From contig JASHOK010000038.1 of assembly GCA_030041175.1 (NCBI GenBank), positions 1 through 52,997 of the forward strand: a stretch of 52,997 bases of DNA, written 5' to 3'. This document shows positions 48,865-52,997 of the stretch, one piece after another. This DNA comes from Thermoplasmata archaeon (GTDB lineage Archaea; Thermoplasmatota; Thermoplasmata; Lutacidiplasmatales; UBA184). Each line of letters begins with the position of its first letter. Positions within the stretch are counted from its first letter, which is position 1. The notes under the pieces are model-generated. The model was not told where the DNA came from. It searched no databases and was given only the letters and a program-made list of their open reading frames with translations. Both the position numbers and the translations under genes were made by a program.

Positions 48865-50049
48865 ATGACGCTTCAGGTGATGTCCGGGAACTCCGCCCAA
48901 TCGTACGCCGCCGCCTTGGCGCGCGTCCACGTGATTGCCGCTTACCCGATCACGCCCCAAACCACGATCGTCGAGAAGCTGGCCGACTTCGCGGCCTCGG
49001 GGCAGCTCCCGGCCCAATTCGTCAAGGTCGAGTCGGAGCACAGTGCCCTCCAGGTCTGCGTCAGCGCCTCGTCGCTCGGCGCCCGGACCTACACCGCTAC
49101 CTCGAGCCAGGGCCTGTTGCTCATGCACGAGTTGCTGCACTGGGCCGCAGGGCTCCGAACCCCGATCGTGATGGGCGTCGTGAACCGTGCGGTGGCGCCG
49201 CCGTGGAACCTCGGGGCGGACCACACGGACACGATGTCCCAACGGGACACCGGCTGGGTCCAGTTCTATGCGGAGAGCAACCAGGAGGTCCTGGACACGG
49301 TGCTTCAGGCCTACCGCCTCGCCGAGGACCCTGCGGTCCGACTTCCCGTCATGGTGACGGAGGACGCGTTCTATCTCTCGCATACCGTGGAGCCCGTCGA
49401 AGTGCCCGCCCAGACGGAGGTGGACGCGTTCCTGCCCGCTCGGGAAGCCCGTGCGGTCCTCGTTCCCGGCCGAGCCGCCCGCCTCGGTTCCTTCACCGGC
49501 CCGGACCACTACGTGGAGTTTCGACATGAGGTCGCCCAAGCGATGGCCCGCGTCCCGGAGGTGTTCCGGGGGGTCGAGGAGGACTACCGGTCCCGGATGC
49601 ACCGGTACCACGGCGGTGCCGTGGCAACGTACCGGGTCGACGATGCGGATGCAGTCCTCGTGACGATGGGGACGATGAGCACGACGGCTCGGAGCGTCGT
49701 GGATGAGCTCCGCGCCGAGGGACGGAAGGTCGGGCTCGCGAAGCTCCGGCTCTTCCGGCCGTTCCCGGCGGCGGAGTTCCGTGAACTGGCGGGCCTCGTG
49801 GACCGGATCGGGGTCGTCGACCGATCCTTCACCTTCGGCGCCGAAGGGCCGGCGGCCACGGAGGTGGCCGCGGCGATCTACTCGGGCCCGCATCACCCGT
49901 TCCTGACCAACTACATGGTGGGCCTGGGAGGACGGGAGGTCACTCCGCAGCTCGTTCGGGCGATCTTCGACCGCCTGCTCGGTGCCGAAGGTCCGGGTAC
50001 CCGCTGGATGGATCTTCCGCAGGATGCGGGGGAGGTTACGCATGGCTAA
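48865..50049 (+). CDS. porA: pyruvate/2-oxoacid:ferredoxin oxidoreductase alpha subunit
   Basis: AYPITPQT, VESEHSA, TATSSQGL, NRA, RLFRPFP, GLGGR. Confidence 0.95.
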   Translation: MTLQVMSGNSAQSYAAALARVHVIAAYPITPQTTIVEKLADFAASGQLPAQFVKVESEHSALQVCVSASSLGARTYTATSSQGLLLMHELLHWAAGLRTPIVMGVVNRAVAPPWNLGADHTDTMSQRDTGWVQFYAESNQEVLDTVLQAYRLAEDPAVRLPVMVTEDAFYLSHTVEPVEVPAQTEVDAFLPAREARAVLVPGRAARLGSFTGPDHYVEFRHEVAQAMARVPEVFRGVEEDYRSRMHRYHGGAVATYRVDDADAVLVTMGTMSTTARSVVDELRAEGRKVGLAKLRLFRPFPAAEFRELAGLVDRIGVVDRSFTFGAEGPAATEVAAAIYSGPHHPFLTNYMVGLGGREVTPQLVRAIFDRLLGAEGPGTRWMDLPQDAGEVTHG

Positions 50050-50932
50050 GCTTACGATCCCGGCGCAGGAGTTGCTCCGGTCCGGTCACTCGGCATGTCC
50101 CGGCTGCGCGCCGGCGCTGGCGATGCGATTGATGCTGAAGGGCCTGGGGCCGCGGACGATCGTCTCGATCCCGGCCTGCTGCTGGACCGTCATCGATACG
50201 CCGTATCCGACGACCGCTCTGGGCGTCGCGATGCTGGACAATCCCATCGAGTCCACGGGCGCTTCGATCTCCGGGCTGCGCGCCGCGGCCGACGCTCTCG
50301 GCATCCCCGACGTCACGATCCTGGGGTTCGCGGGCGACGGCGGCACTGCCGACATCGGCCTGCAGGCGCTGAGCGGGATGCTCGAGCGGCGGACGAACGC
50401 GATCTACGCAATGTACGACAACGAGGCGTACATGAACACCGGCGTCCAGCGCAGCGGTGCGACGCCGTTGGGAGCCTGGACGACGACGACGCCTGTCGGC
50501 GAGGGGTCGCACGGAAAGGCCGAACCGAAGAAGGACGTGATGGGGATCGTCCTTGCCCATCACCCGGTCTATGCCGCCACCGTGAACCCGAGCTTTCCCG
50601 AGGACTTCGTGAAGAAGGTCGAGAAGGCCCGGGACCTTTCGGGGCCGAGGTTCTTCCACATCTTTGCTCCGTGTCCGCCGGGCTGGCGCTACCCGTCCGA
50701 CCAGTCGATCGAGATCGGGAAGCGGGCCACCGACTGCGGCGTCTTCCCGCTCTACGAGGTCATGGACGGGCACTACCACATCACCCGGAAGGGAGGCGCG
50801 CTCAAGCCGGTCCGGGAGTACTTCCAGGCTCAGGGGCGATTCTCCCATCTCGGGGACGCTGACCTCGACCGGGTGCAGGCGCAGGTCACCGCAGATTGGA
50901 ACCGGTTGGTTCGGCTCGAGAGCGAGACGTGA
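50042..50932 (+). CDS. porB: pyruvate/2-oxoacid:ferredoxin oxidoreductase beta subunit
   Basis: GHSACPGC, AGDGGTADIG (TPP motif), YDNEAYMNTG.QRS, PCPPGW. Confidence 0.95.
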   Translation: MAKLTIPAQELLRSGHSACPGCAPALAMRLMLKGLGPRTIVSIPACCWTVIDTPYPTTALGVAMLDNPIESTGASISGLRAAADALGIPDVTILGFAGDGGTADIGLQALSGMLERRTNAIYAMYDNEAYMNTGVQRSGATPLGAWTTTTPVGEGSHGKAEPKKDVMGIVLAHHPVYAATVNPSFPEDFVKKVEKARDLSGPRFFHIFAPCPPGWRYPSDQSIEIGKRATDCGVFPLYEVMDGHYHITRKGGALKPVREYFQAQGRFSHLGDADLDRVQAQVTADWNRLVRLESET

Positions 50933-51063
50933 GAGGGCCGCGGAATGTCCGGGAGCATTCCGGGCGGCGCTCTCGATGGCCGTCGGACGAGGGACTATAA
51001 TCCCGCCTCGGATTCCCCCGGACGGTTCCCGGCCCCTGCGGTCCGGGATCCGCGGAGTGCGCC

Positions 51064-52212
51064 ATGAATGCGCCCGAAGTCGGGGACCGTCTTCTGATGG
51101 ACCGGGGCGACTTTCCGGCGTTCCTGTCGGCCCTGCAGGCGTCCGGCTATCGGGTGGTGGGCCCGACGGTTCGAGACGGAGCCATCGTCTACGGCGACAT
51201 TCGCTACGAGACCGACCTTCCGATCGGCTGGACCGAGCGGCAGGACGCGGGAACGTACCGGCTGGAGCGGCGAACGGACGCCGCGCTCTTCGGCTACGTG
51301 GTGGGTCCCCACAGTTGGAAGAAGTACCTGTTCCCGTCCCACGAACGGCTCTGGACCGCCCATCGGACGGAAGCGGGGTTCACTGTCACGCCCGAGCCGG
51401 CGGACGAAACTCGGTACGCGTTCCTCGGCATGCGAGCCTGCGAGCTCGCGGCGCTGGACATCACGGACAAAGTGTTCCTCGGCACCGTCCACGACCCAAG
51501 CTACGAAACCCGTCGCCAGCGCACCCTGCGCATCGCCGTGCAATGTGGCCAGGCCGGCGGGACCTGCTTTTGTGTGTCGATGGGCACCGGGCCCGGAGTC
51601 ACCCACGGATTCGACCTGTCGCTCACGGAACTGCTGGACGGCTCGCGCCATGAGTTCCTGGTCGTGGTCGGCTCACCGGCCGGTGCGGCCGTGCTGGTCA
51701 CTCTGCCGCTGCGGCCGGCGAGCCCGGACGCGGAGAAGCAGGCGAGCCGGATCGTAGCGGCCACGGCGGCATCCATGGGCCGAGCGATGGAGACGGTCGG
51801 TCTCCGGGATCTCCTGGTGTCCCAGCCGGATCATCCCGCGTGGGACCGCGTGGCGAAACGCTGCTTGTCGTGCACCAATTGCACGATGGCCTGCCCGACC
51901 TGCTTTTGTCACACGACCGAGGAGGTCCCCAGCCTCGACGCCGACACGGCCGAGCGATGGCGCCGATGGGACTCCTGCTTCAACTTGGAGTTCACCAAGC
52001 TGCACACCGCCAGCGTCCGGACGAGCGGGATGTCCCGCTATCGTCAGTGGTTGACCCACAAGCTTGGCACCTGGAACGACCAGTTCGGAACGTCCGGTTG
52101 CGTGGGCTGCGGACGGTGCATCACGTGGTGCCCGGTCGGCATCGATATCACGGAGGAGGTTGCCGCCTTGCGCGCGCCGGCCGCCGCCGGCTCGGACGGA
52201 GGAAAGGCATGA
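51064..52212 (+). CDS. group 3b (sulfhydrogenase-type) NiFe hydrogenase beta subunit, Fe-S protein
   Basis: [64 protein letters not shown]. Confidence 0.9.
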   Translation: MNAPEVGDRLLMDRGDFPAFLSALQASGYRVVGPTVRDGAIVYGDIRYETDLPIGWTERQDAGTYRLERRTDAALFGYVVGPHSWKKYLFPSHERLWTAHRTEAGFTVTPEPADETRYAFLGMRACELAALDITDKVFLGTVHDPSYETRRQRTLRIAVQCGQAGGTCFCVSMGTGPGVTHGFDLSLTELLDGSRHEFLVVVGSPAGAAVLVTLPLRPASPDAEKQASRIVAATAASMGRAMETVGLRDLLVSQPDHPAWDRVAKRCLSCTNCTMACPTCFCHTTEEVPSLDADTAERWRRWDSCFNLEFTKLHTASVRTSGMSRYRQWLTHKLGTWNDQFGTSGCVGCGRCITWCPVGIDITEEVAALRAPAAAGSDGGKA

Positions 52213-52673
52213 GTGCGAGCCCATCCGCGGCGCTCCGCGTGGCGGACCACGCCTTTTTCCAGGGACTCGACCCGCACCTCGTCCACGAGGCACAGCGGCT
52301 CGCAACGGAACGTCAGTTCGAGACCGGTGCCTGGATCGTGCGCGACGGCGATCCGGCGGCGACCTTCTTTCTGGTCTTCCACGGGAAGGTCGCGCTCGAG
52401 GTCGCGACCTCAGAAAAACCTCACTTGACCATCCAGACCGTGGGGCCCGGCGAGGTCCTAGGCTGGTCCTGGCTAGTGCCCCCGTATCTCTGGCGTCTGG
52501 ACGCCCGTGCGCTCAAGCCGACCCAGACCCTTGCGATTGACGCCGTCGCGTTCCGGAAGATCCTCGGCGCACGGCCTGCCGAGGGCTTCCAGTTGCTCGA
52601 GAAACTCCTCCCCATCGTCGCGCAACGCCTGGAGAACACCCAGATCCAGCTCTTGGACATCCATGGCCTCTGA
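52209..52673 (+). CDS. stand-alone cyclic nucleotide-binding domain protein
   Basis: [39 protein letters not shown]; no HTH. Confidence 0.88.
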   Translation: MSASPSAALRVADHAFFQGLDPHLVHEAQRLATERQFETGAWIVRDGDPAATFFLVFHGKVALEVATSEKPHLTIQTVGPGEVLGWSWLVPPYLWRLDARALKPTQTLAIDAVAFRKILGARPAEGFQLLEKLLPIVAQRLENTQIQLLDIHGL

Positions 52674-52997
52674 CCTCGCGGCGGCTCCGGCAGTGTGGGC
52701 CCCGACGCCGATGGCGCCGACGCCCTACCGAGTCCAGGCTCAGACGCCCGAGACGAGCGATACCTCGACGCTCGTGCTTGCGCCGGTCGATGGCTCCCCG
52801 ATTCCGCCCGCACGACCGGGACAGTTCAACATGGTCTACGTCTTTGGCGTCGGAGAGGCGGCCATCTCGTTGAGCGGGAACGCCTCGGATGCGTCGGCGA
52901 TTGTCCACACCGTCCGAAACGCGGGGCGAATTACCGAAGCCATTGCGGCCGCCTCTGCGGGACAGGTGCTCGGCGTTCGCGGGCCGTACGGGAGGGG
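52663..52997 (+). CDS. group 3b hydrogenase gamma subunit (FAD/NAD(P)-binding), truncated by window end
   Basis: Manual translation from ATG 52663: PMAPTPYRV...PGQFNMVYVFGVGEAAISLSG...GVRGPYG. Confidence 0.88.
   Translation, partial: MASDLAAAPAVWAPTPMAPTPYRVQAQTPETSDTSTLVLAPVDGSPIPPARPGQFNMVYVFGVGEAAISLSGNASDASAIVHTVRNAGRITEAIAAASAGQVLGVRGPYGR

Noticed and set aside
47770-50043. 757-aa minus-strand ORF and similar long ORFs (26120-27919, 2337-3734, 30742-32091)
   Set aside because: Antisense shadows of well-supported genes in GC-rich DNA; no motifs.

Overview
High-GC archaeal chromosomal segment, most consistent with a Thermoplasmata lineage (inference from eIF2-gamma, S6e, TFB, PurP, phosphopantothenate synthetase, the enolase-rps2 pair and many apparently leaderless TATA promoters). 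About 58 mostly housekeeping CDS cover translation, cofactor and purine synthesis, a split methylmalonyl-CoA pathway, two type IV pilins with a PibD/FlaK peptidase, transporters, a 2-oxoacid:ferredoxin oxidoreductase operon and the start of a group 3b NiFe hydrogenase operon. Main finding: a solo TnpB with a RuvC-III Asp-to-Gln change lies in a 1.4 kb element (37216-38621) with imperfect terminal inverted repeats and an apparent 5-bp target duplication (AAATC), unlike IS200/IS605. Its left end looks like an inverted second copy of the omega-RNA region, and it sits next to the pheST promoter. Also notable: a tRNA-Ser(GGA) with a 33-nt intron in the T-loop (59/60), an orphan PstS-fold protein with a Cys-substituted binding motif, a divergent TFB paralog, a solo Cas4-like nuclease and an NPA/NPY aquaporin. 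All calls come from reading the sequence and motifs by eye; no searches were run.
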